The notes below the pieces were generated by a model. The model saw only the letters and a program-made list of their open reading frames with translations, had not been told where the DNA came from and ran no database searches. The position numbers were made by a program, and so were the translations under genes. A stretch of 64,000 nt of DNA. It comes from Lingula anatina (Eukaryota; Animalia; Brachiopoda). Position 1 is the stretch's first letter; the number at the start of each line of letters is the position of its first letter. This document shows, piece after piece, positions 51,257 to 64,000 of the stretch. The DNA is taken from NCBI GenBank assembly GCA_051362555.1, contig CM120640.1, positions 32,941,967-33,005,966 on the forward strand, written 5' to 3'.

Positions 51257-51789
51257 ATGGAAGATTTCAGAGTCACATGCAGTACTATTGAAACTGGCAC
51301 ACCTGTAAAATCCAATGAGTCCAAAGAACATGGAGGGCTTGGAAAATTTGATATTGAATATCACTATGAAAAGAAAAGGGCAAAACTACCCTTTGGAAGG
51401 TATGGCTACAAAACATTTTGAATTTCCTGCATGGCTGAAATAACATCCCATAGAATTAGAAAATGTCTGATTTGTGCAAAATTGTGCTTGTATGGAAAGT
51501 TAACTTTTCATTCTTTATTCTAAAAATTTACAAAAAAAAAATATTTATGATTATTTTTTGTGCAGGGTTTCTAAAACTGTTCGGCGTGAATTTAAACCTA
51601 AATACCATCCTGAAGATGTTAATGTTGATGATGGTGTCTCCGCTGAAGAAGCATCAGAGGATGCTGGACTACCATGGTTTGAAAGGTTGTGTAGTGAAAA
51701 GCCAACCTTAAGCAAATATACACATTCCTTATTTACCAGAAATCATTTCATGTCACATTGATAATAACTGGCAATTTAAAGACCCTTAA

Positions 51790-51865
<76 letters not shown>

Positions 51866-54800
51866 TTCATATTATGCAACAACAGAAACAAAAAGTGCAA
51901 ATTTACATCGTAAAATTAAGATGTATTCTAAAAATCAAATTAGTTTTGCAAAATGTATATTGATAACTAATTAAGCCTATTTTAGTCCTTTTGTCAATAA
52001 TAGATTCATGTTAATAGTCTTACAAACCAGCAATCAATCATTTTCTAAAGGAAAGACTTATTATCTGCTTTTTTTTAAAGAATGCTGTAATCAATGAGAA
52101 AGGTTTTCATGGTCTTCAGATAAGATGATGAAACACTTATATATGCTAAGAGACTAAGTAGTGAGAGTTATACACTATGTTTTGATCCACCATGTGTGGG
52201 CCTTGTGAAACTTGCGTGATCTGTCAGGTCTATAGAGGTTGGATCAAAAAGTAGTATATGACTCTATTTATTTTGCCTCTCAGTCAAGACTAGCTCTGTT
52301 TTATTATGCTATTACTGTTTCAGGTCAAATACACTTTGTGATGAGAAACCTACTACTGTTGGTTTGGATGTTTACAGTAGGATAGGATCAGTAAGTTTTT
52401 TAAAAATATATTTTTATATTTTTTTGTCATTATTGTTTGAAATTAATACATTTGAAATTCTGTTTTTTTCTGTTTTATTGTTTTGAATAGTTGATGTTAA
52501 AATATATTATTTTTTTAACAAATTGATGTATTGGGCATTGGGAATGTTTTGATAGAAATTGCATGGTTCTTATTTCAATGTGAAATATTTAAAAGATACA
52601 TATCATGAACTACAGTTAAGGTCCTGTAACATATAATTTATTAATACCAGTTTCTTAAACAACACAGGCAAAATACACATGCCCCCTGAAAAAAAAAACA
52701 CTAGGGCATTAAAAGGCTTTAATATTGAAATTTCTTCTTAATTTTGGATGGTAATTTAGACCTTCCGTTTTCCCTCTAGTCTGTAAGCCACAAGAAGAAA
52801 GCAAAAATATCTTTGCAAATATATATTTTTTTCAGGAAATAATGTAATGAATCTTTGTGGTGTATCTTTAAGTCATAGTATTTGAAAGGCTATAATGGCA
52901 TTTGCTTTGGTTTAATGGTATTGATTTCACTTAAGTATTTGCTTAATATGCATCTATAAATGAAATAAGTGAGTTTTGGAATTAAAAAACAAAAATGTTT
53001 TAGAGGACTAGCAGAACTGCAAGCAGACATGGAACTTTGCATCATTCTAGACAGCTAGTGCAAAGTAAAAGTAGAGAAGAGCTGATCCATCCAAGCAAAC
53101 TCAGGTAGTGTATAGTGGGATTAAAACAATAGTTGGGCATTTTCAGTTGCAAAAATTTTTATTAATAATAAGATTTTGTTTTAAATTTTTTTATTTAATT
53201 GTTCAAATTCATACTTGCATAGAGGATAAAAACTGAAAAAAGAAAATTTAACATGGAAAAAGGTCAGAATTGTTGATTTCTTTTATTTATTTCTTTTTTT
53301 TTTTTAGATCCAAATCAAGAAACCAGGACAACAAAAGAAAAATTAAACATGAAAAGACTGAAACTGTGCAGGAGCATATATTTCAGTTGAAAAGGAAGCA
53401 AGCTTCGTGGTATGTTGCAGCACAAGTAACTTCTCCATGAAGTTTATTGCTCTTGAAACTTAATATTTACCATATTTTCAATTTAACTGTATCTATTTAA
53501 ATCTCATACTTGGTCTCAGGCTTTTTGTATGAATTCACTGTTTAGTGTCTGTATACAGTAGGGACAGAAATTCATGACACATTGACAGTGATTATTAATT
53601 TTTAAGGTTTGAAAATGACATACATATATTATTGTCATGCTGTCCAACTTAAAAAAGCAAAACAGAATGTAAAAATAGTTTGCATAATGTGCACTGATAG
53701 CACTAGAAAATATTCTGTTTTGAATAGTTCATGGCCAAATATCCCCTGAAAACTTTTGATATATTGTAGGAAGTCTACTAATTAATTGTTGGTTTTATTA
53801 TTAGCCATATACTAACATAGTTGCTTTTTTTATGATTTTGGTTATTAAAAGGGATTTATTTCAAATCTTTAAATTTTTTGTATCACAGCAATGTTTTTTT
53901 TTCAGTTTATATCAAAGTCTACATATCAAAGTCTATAAGTGTCTGATCACTGGTATCTGTTAATGCTGTCAACTTTTGTCATCTGATACATCCTTGCTTG
54001 CCCCACAGCTGCCCAGTGATTTACCTGAAATGTACTGGCAGGATTTCAGTCTAGGCGATTATGTTCAATAGATGATTGATAATATGTTTTCTCTAAAACA
54101 TACTTTGTTTTTAATTTAAATTTATTTTATGTTGAACAGGTCAATTGCATGCTTGTTATTTATCAAATAATTTTTAATTATAATTATGTTCAGGGACAAT
54201 CTCACACATTGTGCCAGTGATGAAAGAATTCGGAAGATGAGGAAAAGCAGTGAATGTTTTCCAGCTGGTCCTGATAGTAGTGTATACTTAACTTACATGA
54301 ACCCTGTGTCCAGCAGTAGCAGTCTCCATCCCACTTCCTGGCATGCACCAGATGGGGATCTCTCACTCCATGAAGCCTTTGGGACACAATATGCTTCAAC
54401 ACCAGTTTCACTACTTGGCCATGAAACAAGAGTAAGATGAATTAATTATTAATCAATTTCTTTATTCTTACTTTAAAATTTCCTTTTTCATTTAATTTTT
54501 TTTATTATTGTCTTATTCTGTATTTATTATCATTATTTTATTTTCATCATCTAGAAGGTGACTGATTTTTTATGCCAGGGCTTACTGTTATGAAAAAAAG
54601 AGTTGCAAATCTGCAAGTGCTGTGTTTCATAACAATGTTTATTTCAGTTTTGGTCAGTTTTGTATCATTTTCCAATTTATTCACTTATTTTGAAATTTCC
54701 CATTGGCCCAGTAATTAAACATAACGGATATAAAATTTATTGGCTATATTAAAATATCTTTTCAAAATTAGAGAAGATATTATTAAAGGCAAAGTTATAG

Positions 54801-56116
54801 TTAATATACTTCATACTTCTGCCCTTTTTCTTTCTTTTTGTTTTGTTACATTGATGCAGAAGATTTGTTTAAGGCCATCATTTAAGTATTTCTTCTCCAG
54901 CCATGGTGAAAAGTTCATCACTCCATAGGATTGAGAAATTGAGTCTCCTTTGCTATCGATTTCTTTTAAAAAAGGCATTGGCTGTAGTCTGGATATTTCA
55001 ACAGTCTCAAGAGTTATTGATTGGCAAAGACAGAGAGCTTTCCCTCAAATGTTTCTGCAAGTAGTTTGAATTGGATATTGGATCAGCAGCGTGCATTTGA
55101 AGGAAAAACTTGTATATATAGCCCCATGTAATTGTGGTCTATTACAGATTGACGCTTGAAGCCTTATTGATGTTGTTCAGCTCACAAGTTTGCACTGGTT
55201 TCTATTTTACGAATTGGAGGTTGAGGCAGCCTCTTTTTTTGTATTTTTTCATGAGGCATTTTACATTAAAATTTTTTACTTATGTAATTCAGAGTGTAAA
55301 ATGCTTGCAACTTACCATTGAAATTATAATAGATCACATGAGAAAGTAATTAGCATTCATATCCAGATTTGGTCTTTTCTCTGGTGTCCTCAATTACCTT
55401 GTTGAAGGAAAACTATCCAGAGCTACTTTGGTGCATGTGATACAACTTGGCTCTCCCCCAGGATTTTGTGATTTGATTTGTCTCAGTGGATCAATTTAAC
55501 AATGCCAGTCTCAGCAATTCTTAATGACTTACTGTGGGGTAGAGTGGGGTCCTTGTGTAATTTATGAGACCAGTTGGGTGTAGATCGATGCATGGTTACA
55601 GGTTTCAAGTATTATCAAATTTGCTTGTTCTTATGAGTATTATACAGAGCTTGTGCAGAGTATAAATTGATAAACAAATTATAAAATGAATGGATTTGTA
55701 GCATTACCAAATATGTCCTGTTACATGTTTGTTGTGTTAATTACGTAATTACTAATTAGCAAGGGCATAAATGCATCTGTAATTTTTTTTCAATTTGTGG
55801 TTGTGAAATTTTTTTCAGTTTCTAATTGTATTGTTTTGTGTGTATGAAGATGTGCATTATAAAAGACATTTACTTGGCACTTCCCTTGATTATTGATGTA
55901 TCCATTGTCTACTGAAATTTATTGATTACCTTTCAGACAAACAGCAAGCCATCATTTTCCTTCCCGGATGACTATTTACAATCAGAAACTGCCTCAGTTG
56001 CACCATTGCAAGTTTTCAATCAAGCCCTCATGTGGCAAGCAGAAGATATCCAACAAGTCCCCCAGACACCCAAAGATAATGAGACTCTTGGGACATTCTC
56101 CCTCCAGAGTACTTGA
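51257..56116 (+). CDS. INCA1: INCA1-like protein (inhibitor of CDK, cyclin A1-interacting family), 316 aa
   Basis: Exons 51257-51399, 51566-51685, 52324-52390, 53004-53104, 53308-53409, 54194-54431, 55937-56116 total 951 nt in frame. LPFGRVSKTVRR and VQEHIFQLKRKQASWDNL resemble the two conserved INCA1 blocks as recalled (IPFAKCSRVVSR; HLEDLRRRQSIINEL). The gene structure is solid; the name is less certain. Confidence 0.65.
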
Positions 56117-57915
56117 CAGATATTATTAAAATACTATAATATGGCCAATGTTTGGTACATCAAACTGGCGTCTCCAGTTTCTTGGAATGAACATTATTTG
56201 CTGTTGACATCTGTTGTAATGTATTAAGGAGATAGTTGTTAAAAAGATGGCTTTCTAAAGAAAACTGTTTGAGATATTAAATGCATTTTGGATTGCTGGC
56301 AAACATTTGTTGAAAAAGTTAGGATAGTTGGTATTGTATCTCGGTGTACTGTTTCTCATATTTTCATGTTGGCCAAATGCTTTAGCAAGACAAAATTTAT
56401 GTATTGGGAAAATTATACCCCGGTGCAAGATAGGATAAAGTAAAATACTGTTATAGGCAGAAACACAAAAAAGAAGTGGGCCCTTTACAGATGTGTTATA
56501 ATTCTTTTATTATACTTAGAATGCTGCATAATAATGTTTAAATAGAAACTTAAATGTATTACATCCTTGTTGAATATTCTACTTAGAATGTTTTTATTAC
56601 TTTGAAAACAATCAATTCAACATTTATTGCTTTGTTCGATTTTGTGACTGAGTATTTTTGTAAGCAGAAGTCTAATTAATATAAACAATTGTTATTAAGT
56701 TTTAATAGAAACTATGTTTATAGATTTTTGCATTTTTCAGATGTTTTAAATGATTGGAAAATCAGTTTTCTAAATGTACAATTTTACTTGTATTGTTAAA
56801 GAATTTTTCTTTTGTATTATAAATCAATTAAAAATTATTTGTCATAGCCAACTAGACTTCTTGATTTTTTTTTTGAAAATATTTTTTTCTTCCCCAAAAC
56901 AGAAATGTAAAACATAATCACATTGAATGATGACTTCCTACATGATTTATTACGTGTAATAAATCATGATTTTTAGATGATTTATAACACCTTACAGCTG
57001 TTGCTCATCAGAAGCATGAGGTTCAAATGGCAAAATTGTACAAATGGAAAAGTGCAATGTATATATATACTTCAGTTCTAGTCAGCATAATAATGTTATC
57101 ATAAATTGAAGCTCACAATGAAAGTTGTTTATTAACAAAGAGAAATATCAAGAATATAATGGGCCTGAAATGTCTAAATAAATTGGCTTTGGTTAAGTGT
57201 TGAAAAAATATACTGAAGGTCAGAACTGCTTTTTCCACCATGGGTACATGAATTCTTTAAATATTACAATATATGCCAGAATCTAATTCTGTTTATGCTT
57301 AAATGTAAAATCTGTAATCTGTAAAATATCACAGTTTCAAGGACGGAATGGCACTTTGTACTTTAACAGTATTACTAATGTCTCTTTAGGGCCAGTCATG
57401 GCAGTAAGTTAAAAACTTAATATAGATATGTTAAGAAAAATTGTATAAAATATTATGAAACTGTTATATTGATGAAAATGGTATATTGATGAACATATAT
57501 TCATCTTCATAAAAATAACTAATGCATAGTCTTAGAACAGCCGCTTCTCTAATAAAATTTATATGGCACTTAACTGTAGGTTACAATCCCCACCCACCTC
57601 TAAAAATGATAGCAATTACCCTTGAGTTTACAATAAAATTTGGGAATTTTGTTCTTACACAGACATAAGGAAAATACTGAGTGTCTTAACTAAGTTTTTT
57701 TTTGCACTATAAATCTGTCTTAACTAAGTATTTTATTTCCGTTACTCTTGGTTTAAATGTGATTTATCGTTTTGTATTGTATTTTCACATAAACCTTGCC
57801 AGTCCAGAGGTCCTGTGATATCAAAAATCTTGCTTGGGCATTTCAAGCAGCCATGACCAGTTGGACAGGCAGTTTCCCCATGTCTGATAAGTTAAACATG
57901 ATTAGCTATTCAATT

Positions 57916-60900
57916 TTAAGCCTTTTCCCCTGCTATCTTTTTTGCAATATATTGGTATCTTTCACCATCCAAAATCTCCTGAAGCTGTACAGCTTTGGGA
58001 TGTTTTGGTCCATACAAATCCTCCAGGGTATCCTTTGCTTTCTTAAAATGCCCATAAGCTTTGGTATACTGGTCAACATCTTCATAAAAGGCAGCAATGT
58101 TGCTGTTGATGCGTGCACCCAGTGGGGAACATTCCCCATATGAACGCTGGCACTTGTCTAAGGCTTGTTTGTACAGCTAATTCAAAATGAAAAAGGGACA
58201 GTTTTTAAATTAAATATAACTATTTTTGATATCATTAAATCCAATTATGCTAAAATATTTTTTCAAAATGTACTTGTAGAAACTTGTGATGCAGTACTAG
58301 TAAGATGGCAGATTCAGACACTTCATTAGAAAGAATCAATCGACTCTGTTACAGGCCAGCACATACATCCCATATTTCCAACTGATTAACCAAGACAGCA
58401 AATGAAAATGGATCAACTTTAATGGAACCAATACACTTGATTGAATATGTTTGTTCACACATGAAGAAGGAAGAAGGGACAAACCATTGAGTTTTTTGTA
58501 GATATCAAATAAAGCAGGAAACTGTGGATGTTTTGCTTTAACAAAGAAAGACCATTTTCAAGTACAGTTCAAATAAAACATGATGACCCACCTCCAGCTG
58601 GTCCCTTGTTCCTGGTTCGGCCATTACTGCTTTCATCATCATTGCTTCAGCTTGTCTCCCAAAGTCATTACACTGGAAATACAAACACGTTTTTGGTGCA
58701 ATATAATATCATTTTAAAAAGAGAAAACAGTTCAATCAATCAAACATCTCTCCTTTCCCCCCATTTTTGACAATCTTTTTGTTTTGTCAATTATTGTGCG
58801 TGCACACATGCTAATGATCCGCTACAGTACTTATGTTCTACTCATTGAAATGCCAACTGTGGAACAAACCTACCTCTTCAAATACCTTCATTACTTCATC
58901 AACATACTCTGTCCCTTTCTTTCTTGCATCCTCTTTGCTCATCTGGTTTCCACCGCCCAACTGTATCCAGTGAGATAAATACATAGCAGACTGTAATTTA
59001 TACTGGGCACATTTTATCTGAAAGTTTAAAGAATTCATTAAAAAATTAATCATATAATGATGCAAAAAGAATGTCTTGTCATTAACACTTCAGAAATGAT
59101 GTTTGTTAAAAAAGAAGTAATTGGTTGAAAAAAGAAGAGATCATATCAAGGCCAAGCCTAGAATAACTGTATGCCAGTGACTTAAATTTGAATGCCCATC
59201 TAATTAAAATAAACAAATAAAACATGTAAATTACTTCATTTAAATTTTAATTTCAACTGAAAATTACCTTATCTTCTTTATCTTGTATGCTTTGCTCTCT
59301 GACTTCTACAGCTCTGAAGGCATTTTCCAAGATGGTCCACACAGAGTCTGATTGTATTGTATTGATGTGGTCCCCAAGTTTCTGAATAGCAATTTGTGTA
59401 AATGAAAATACAAAGGATATTCAGACTTAAATGAAATTTTTATCATAACTTGGTAGTTTACAACTTTGAAGTAATCACTGGTCAGTGACTGCAAGGGTAC
59501 GACATTTAAAATCCTAAACTTGAAAACTGAATATAAAATCTGCATAATAATGTGGTTATTAACACATAACATTAAGACACACCTGGTAAAGTAATTGGGC
59601 TTTTAAAGAAAGGAGATTTGATAGTTGCCCAGGTCTGCCACCAAGACTATGTTCTTCCAACATTCTAGCCTTCTCAGCTAATGCCAGTGAATCGTCATAC
59701 AATCCTGCTTGAAAGCTACAACAGTAAAAAATGTCATTCATGTTTTTGGTACAATATGGCTTCAGAAACTTAAAACATTTATATCAATTAAAAACAATTT
59801 CTTCAAATTGTTACATAATTTTTGATTAAATTTTCATTCATGTTTTTGCTGCAAAATGGGTACAGAAATTTAACAGATTCTTAAAAATTAAAAATCATTT
59901 CTTCCAGTTGTTAGTTTATTTTCACTAAAAGTTGAACTCTGCACCAGCAGTGTAAACCACTTACAACAGCCTGGCCACTTGCTCTTGTCTTCTGGCCAAG
60001 TCTTCCTTTCCTACGCCATCTTTTTCCATCTTCTGTAGACTTGCAAGGTAATATTTCTTCATCATATTCACAACTTTCGCCTGGATGAAAATTTTTTAAG
60101 GATGAAATGTTCATATTCAGAATACATTTCCTCATAATGCTGTAAGCCAGCACATGTATGCCATCAACATTCACTTATTAGGCATGAGATCTATGTACTG
60201 TATACAGCAAAACAATTTGATAATAAAAAAGAGCATAGTTCATTAATTCATTCTACCTCATTTTGGTTTGATGCCAAGTTCTGTGTGTCCAGTGATTTTG
60301 CCTTGATGGCAGCCAACTTTGCCTCGATAGCAGCTTGCTTTTTACGTTTAGCTTCTTCTTTTGCATCAACTCCTGCAACATTAGCCTGACCATCAGTACC
60401 CCCTGTATCTCCTGCATTTTCTGCCTAAAAAGAAAATGAAACATTTCATACCTGATTAATGTTGTCCAATGACTTTGCAATTGATACAAGCATATGCTTA
60501 ATATTCATGCCAAAATATATGTATCTTCACTAGTAGATAAATATATTTGACTGTTAAAAGCATGTTTGCTTCTGGGTCATCAAAATACTTATAAAACAAG
60601 AATTAAAAAAAAATACACTTCTCTTTTCTTTAAATTTTCGCCGATTTTAGACATTTCATAAAAATCCAACAACTATCTGACTTTCGCTATTACACATGCA
60701 TGCAGCAAGAGTGTTATCCCACAGAAGGAAGAAAACATTCATCCCTGATTAAAAGTACACTCTCAGTTGTAATATTTTGTGTACCTTCTGCCAATACTGT
60801 AGCAGTGTGCTACTCCACTCCTCATTGTAAAGCTTGTCAAACACCTGCCAGTCTGTAAGGAACTCTGCCAGTTTGGTTGTCTTCTGCAGGAATATCAAAT

Positions 60901-63642
60901 GGTGAGGAAGCTCCTGGAAATAACAAGTAGGGTACATGCATGATGCTAATTCCAAACATTTCAGGGCACTTATTATTTATTAGTTATAATGTTAAGTTGA
61001 TATCAATGATTGATGTACACCCTTATGTTAAAAATAATTTGGTATATCTAATAAATGTTATGACAAAAGAGGTTTACTTTCTGTTGGTTAATGCCCGTGG
61101 AATAAAAAAAAAAAATCTCAAATTGTTCTCTAAATATTAAAACTGTTTACCTCTACTTTTCTGTCCAAAACATCAGAATTTGTGAAGAACAACTCCAGTT
61201 TCTCATGCCACCATTTTAGGTGCTGTTCACTTTGCATATATCTGTAAAAAATTAATGTAAAATTCAGATATAACTCACTTTTACTGTAAGCCTTATTTCA
61301 TGCTCTGTCTTACTTACACAAAAATGAACACTTATATCTAATCATACATAATACATGGAATAAAATAGCTGTTTATCACAACTCTATGCCACATACTGAA
61401 TAAAATGTGAATATTTTTTGTTCACATTTATTTAAAATTTGAGGATCAAAAAGACTAAGTTAAGTAACAAAGTAGTGCCAATACCTGTCTCTAACAACTT
61501 TGCTAAGTGATCTATGATAGAAATCTAGCCTTCCTTCCCCACGATTTCCATATGGTCTGAGAAAGGATCTCAGATGTCTGTAGACTACTGCCCATTTAAA
61601 AGGCGAGATGTAACCAGGAGTTGGGTCTTCTGGTCCAACAGCAAACCATCCTTCAGAAAAGATGCAAACATGAAACTGCCATATAATATACAATGTTCAT
61701 ATTGACATATATGGTTATGCAACAAATATAATATTACACATTCAGTATTTTCAAGGTGGTGAAGAAAACATAACCAACAAAAAATTCAAGAAAGTGACAG
61801 CAACTATGTTGCCAACAACCATGACAGAATCTGATGCTGGTGTTTGGTTATATGTCCAGGCACATTCTACCTATCCACTAAAAATGACATTAAATTTACC
61901 CTTTATTTCCTTTAAGCATATAATTTACAAAACACCTTAAACAAATAATAAATTCATAAGGCTGAATGTGGTTTCTTACCATCATCTTTCCCCACAGTAG
62001 GTGGTATAACAAAGGCAAGGAGTCTCCTAAGCTCGGATTCCTTCAGACCAGAGGCAGAGGCTTCTATCAAACACAGTGTACATTTCAACATCTCAGCTCC
62101 TGCTTCTGCCTCATATCTTTCTAATACTTGGTTTAACAAACTAAAAACATAACACAAAATACTTTACATACTCGACTTAGGCCATAAAAAAAGTACACAA
62201 AAAATGAATCTGACATTTCAAATTCAGATAAAGACAGGTTGGGCTACAGGTGGTGCTCACAGAGAAACCAAAGTGCTACCAACATTAAAATTAAAAATTT
62301 TGTTCTGCTTAGATTTTCTAATTTTTTTAATGAAAGATACATGGTTACATCTTCAATATGACACTTACGGTTCTAAACCATCAGCCAAATCATTGATCTT
62401 ATTTTCCAACTTGCTGAAGAACCCAAAAACCCTGAGCTCCTCCAAAGCAACAGTCAACCAGAGAGGGTTTTCAGAATATTTCTTGTTGATGATCAGTTCA
62501 GTGTGTGCCTGGTTCAGCTTTTTATTGTACTTCTGGAGATATGTTGTCACAATTTCCTGCAAAACAAGAAAAACAAGATACATACAACTCATGGCCTTAT
62601 TTGCCTTATGCATTTTTCTTTAAAAATTCTCCCATATTAATAAATAACATAATAAAGAAAATATAATAAAATTTCAGGAAGTTTCTTGTGCCTTTTTTTA
62701 AAGCATTCAAAAGAAAATTCATTGCAAAACCACATAAATGGCTTTTTTTAAAGCATTCAAAAGAAAATTCATTGCAAAACCACATAAATAAGTATTTACA
62801 TGCAAATTAATTCCTCCCAAGATGCACAAATTGCAGTGTGTCCCTAACATAAGCCTGAGCATCCCAAATCATAAATCATTTCACATAGTAAATGCAATAT
62901 ACATGTATAATTCCCTCACCTCTTTTATCTTCTTATCTGAAAGTGGAGTCACTTTAATCTCCTTCATCTGTGTCCCCATCTTCCTGAGTGACTGGAGGTG
63001 AGGAGAGTCTTCAGTCACAGAAACAACACATTTCACATTAGGGGACAGCATTCCAGGGAGGAAGTCCATGTTCAAGGCAGGAGGGCATATTGTTAACTAA
63101 AATATAAAGAAAAATATATGTTATTTTATCATTCAATATGAAATATTCTTTCACAGCTCTTTTTTCAAAAGGACAATAGCCCAGAATCTGAACAACGTGT
63201 ATCAAACTTTTACATAAAATATATCCAAGATTTTCCACCCAAATCAAATTTCTTTGGAAAAAAAAAACAAATTTCTCTTATTCATGAATCATTGCTCAAC
63301 TCATGAATCATTGCTCAACGTGTGAATGACTTACTTCTAAATGAATGGCAAGTCACTTTGTCTGCACTGTCTTCCTCTACATCCAAGAAGGGAATAGCCA
63401 CATGCAGTACTTTCATTTGTGGGAATTTATCATATTAAAGGTTTAAATAGGAAAAGATTAGGATATATTGGCACAGAATATGACTTATGGGAATTTTCAA
63501 AGCTTAATCATTTACACAAAACAAATGTTCTGACCTGGTTGACAGCATCAATGAATATGACAGCCGGTTTAGTGTCTGGGCTTGCCAGAATACTTCTGCA
63601 CATATTACAAGCTGAATCCAGGTCCTTCATTGCATCATTATC
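57916..63642 (-). CDS. NACHT-type (TEP1/NPHP3/TTC41-like) NTPase with C-terminal TPR repeats, 5'-truncated by the window
   Basis: Walker B PAVIFIDAVNQ (63642-63535), NPLWLTVALEELRVFG (62557-62369), GLKESELRRLL, RLDFYHRSLSKVV, ELPHHL...FLTDW, and KLC-type TPRs ending LYGPKHPKAVQLQ...IAGEKA* (58176-57916). Confidence 0.85.
62692..62789. repeat. 50-bp tandem duplication in an intron
   Basis: CTTTTTTTAAAGCATTCAAAAGAAAATTCATTGCAAAACCACATAAAT occurs twice. Confidence 0.9.
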
Positions 63643-63826
63643 CTGAAAGTACAAAATGATTTTAATATTTTTTATATTTAGAGTAGAAGGAGGTTCACCA
63701 AATACATCAATAACAAACACAATATGTAGATTGATTAATATCTGGTTGGTTTAAACTATTAATCAGTCAGTCGTAAAGTCTCATATGAGTTGGGCAAAAA
63801 TAAAAGCAGTCCGTTGTTATAGATTA

Positions 63827-63995
63827 CAGGGGCGGATCCAAAGATATTTTCTGACAGTCTTCCAAATTATCTTTGTTGATCCATCCTCCAATTTTGACCG
63901 TCTTCCAACAGAAAAAAATATAGATACCGTCAATGTAAACTTGAAAATCTGACCGTCTTCCGGAAGACCCAGAAGACGGCCTAAATCCGCCCCTG
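63827..63995. mobile_element. Short MITE with CAGGGGCGGAT termini
   Basis: TIR CAGGGGCGGAT...ATCCGCCCCTG, GATTA on both flanks (5-bp TSD as far as the window shows), and internal TGACCGTCTTCC repeats. Confidence 0.8.
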
Positions 63996-64000
63996 GATTA

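Overview
AT-rich, intron-containing animal genomic DNA, probably a lophotrochozoan/mollusc-like invertebrate (inferred from repeat style and gene content). There is nothing prokaryotic and no CRISPR. Genes were assembled by hand from GT-AG splice sites with consistent phases. (1) 3' part of a membrane-anchored Bcl-rambo/BCL2L13-like gene (+, to 1837). (2) A convergent, TM-less 723-aa Bcl-G/BID-like gene (-, 12425-4299) with two BH3 motifs, many caspase-type sites and a candidate internal first exon giving a ~202-aa isoform with BID-like spacing. (3) MRPL23 (+). (4) A candidate small zinc-finger gene or regulatory island at ~20.0-21.0 kb. (5) NUP37 (-), with a pre-miRNA-like intronic hairpin. 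(6) A 3-exon secreted prepropeptide not visible in the ORF track (+, 26569-30067), ending KRR|CFDVKDICCWWQIC. (7) A ~38-exon calmodulin-binding-type kinesin-14 (Kinesin-C/KCBP-like, -). (8) A divergent INCA1-like gene (+) preceded by a long leader containing hydrophobic small ORFs. (9) 3' part of a NACHT-type NTPase + TPR gene (-). Repeats include a non-autonomous Helitron/Helentron-like family (3 copies), several MITEs and microsatellites. The best leads are the BCL2L13-like/BID-like tail-to-tail pair with the cryptic BID-sized isoform, and the orphan disulfide-rich peptide precursor. All homology calls come from recalled motifs; no database search was run.
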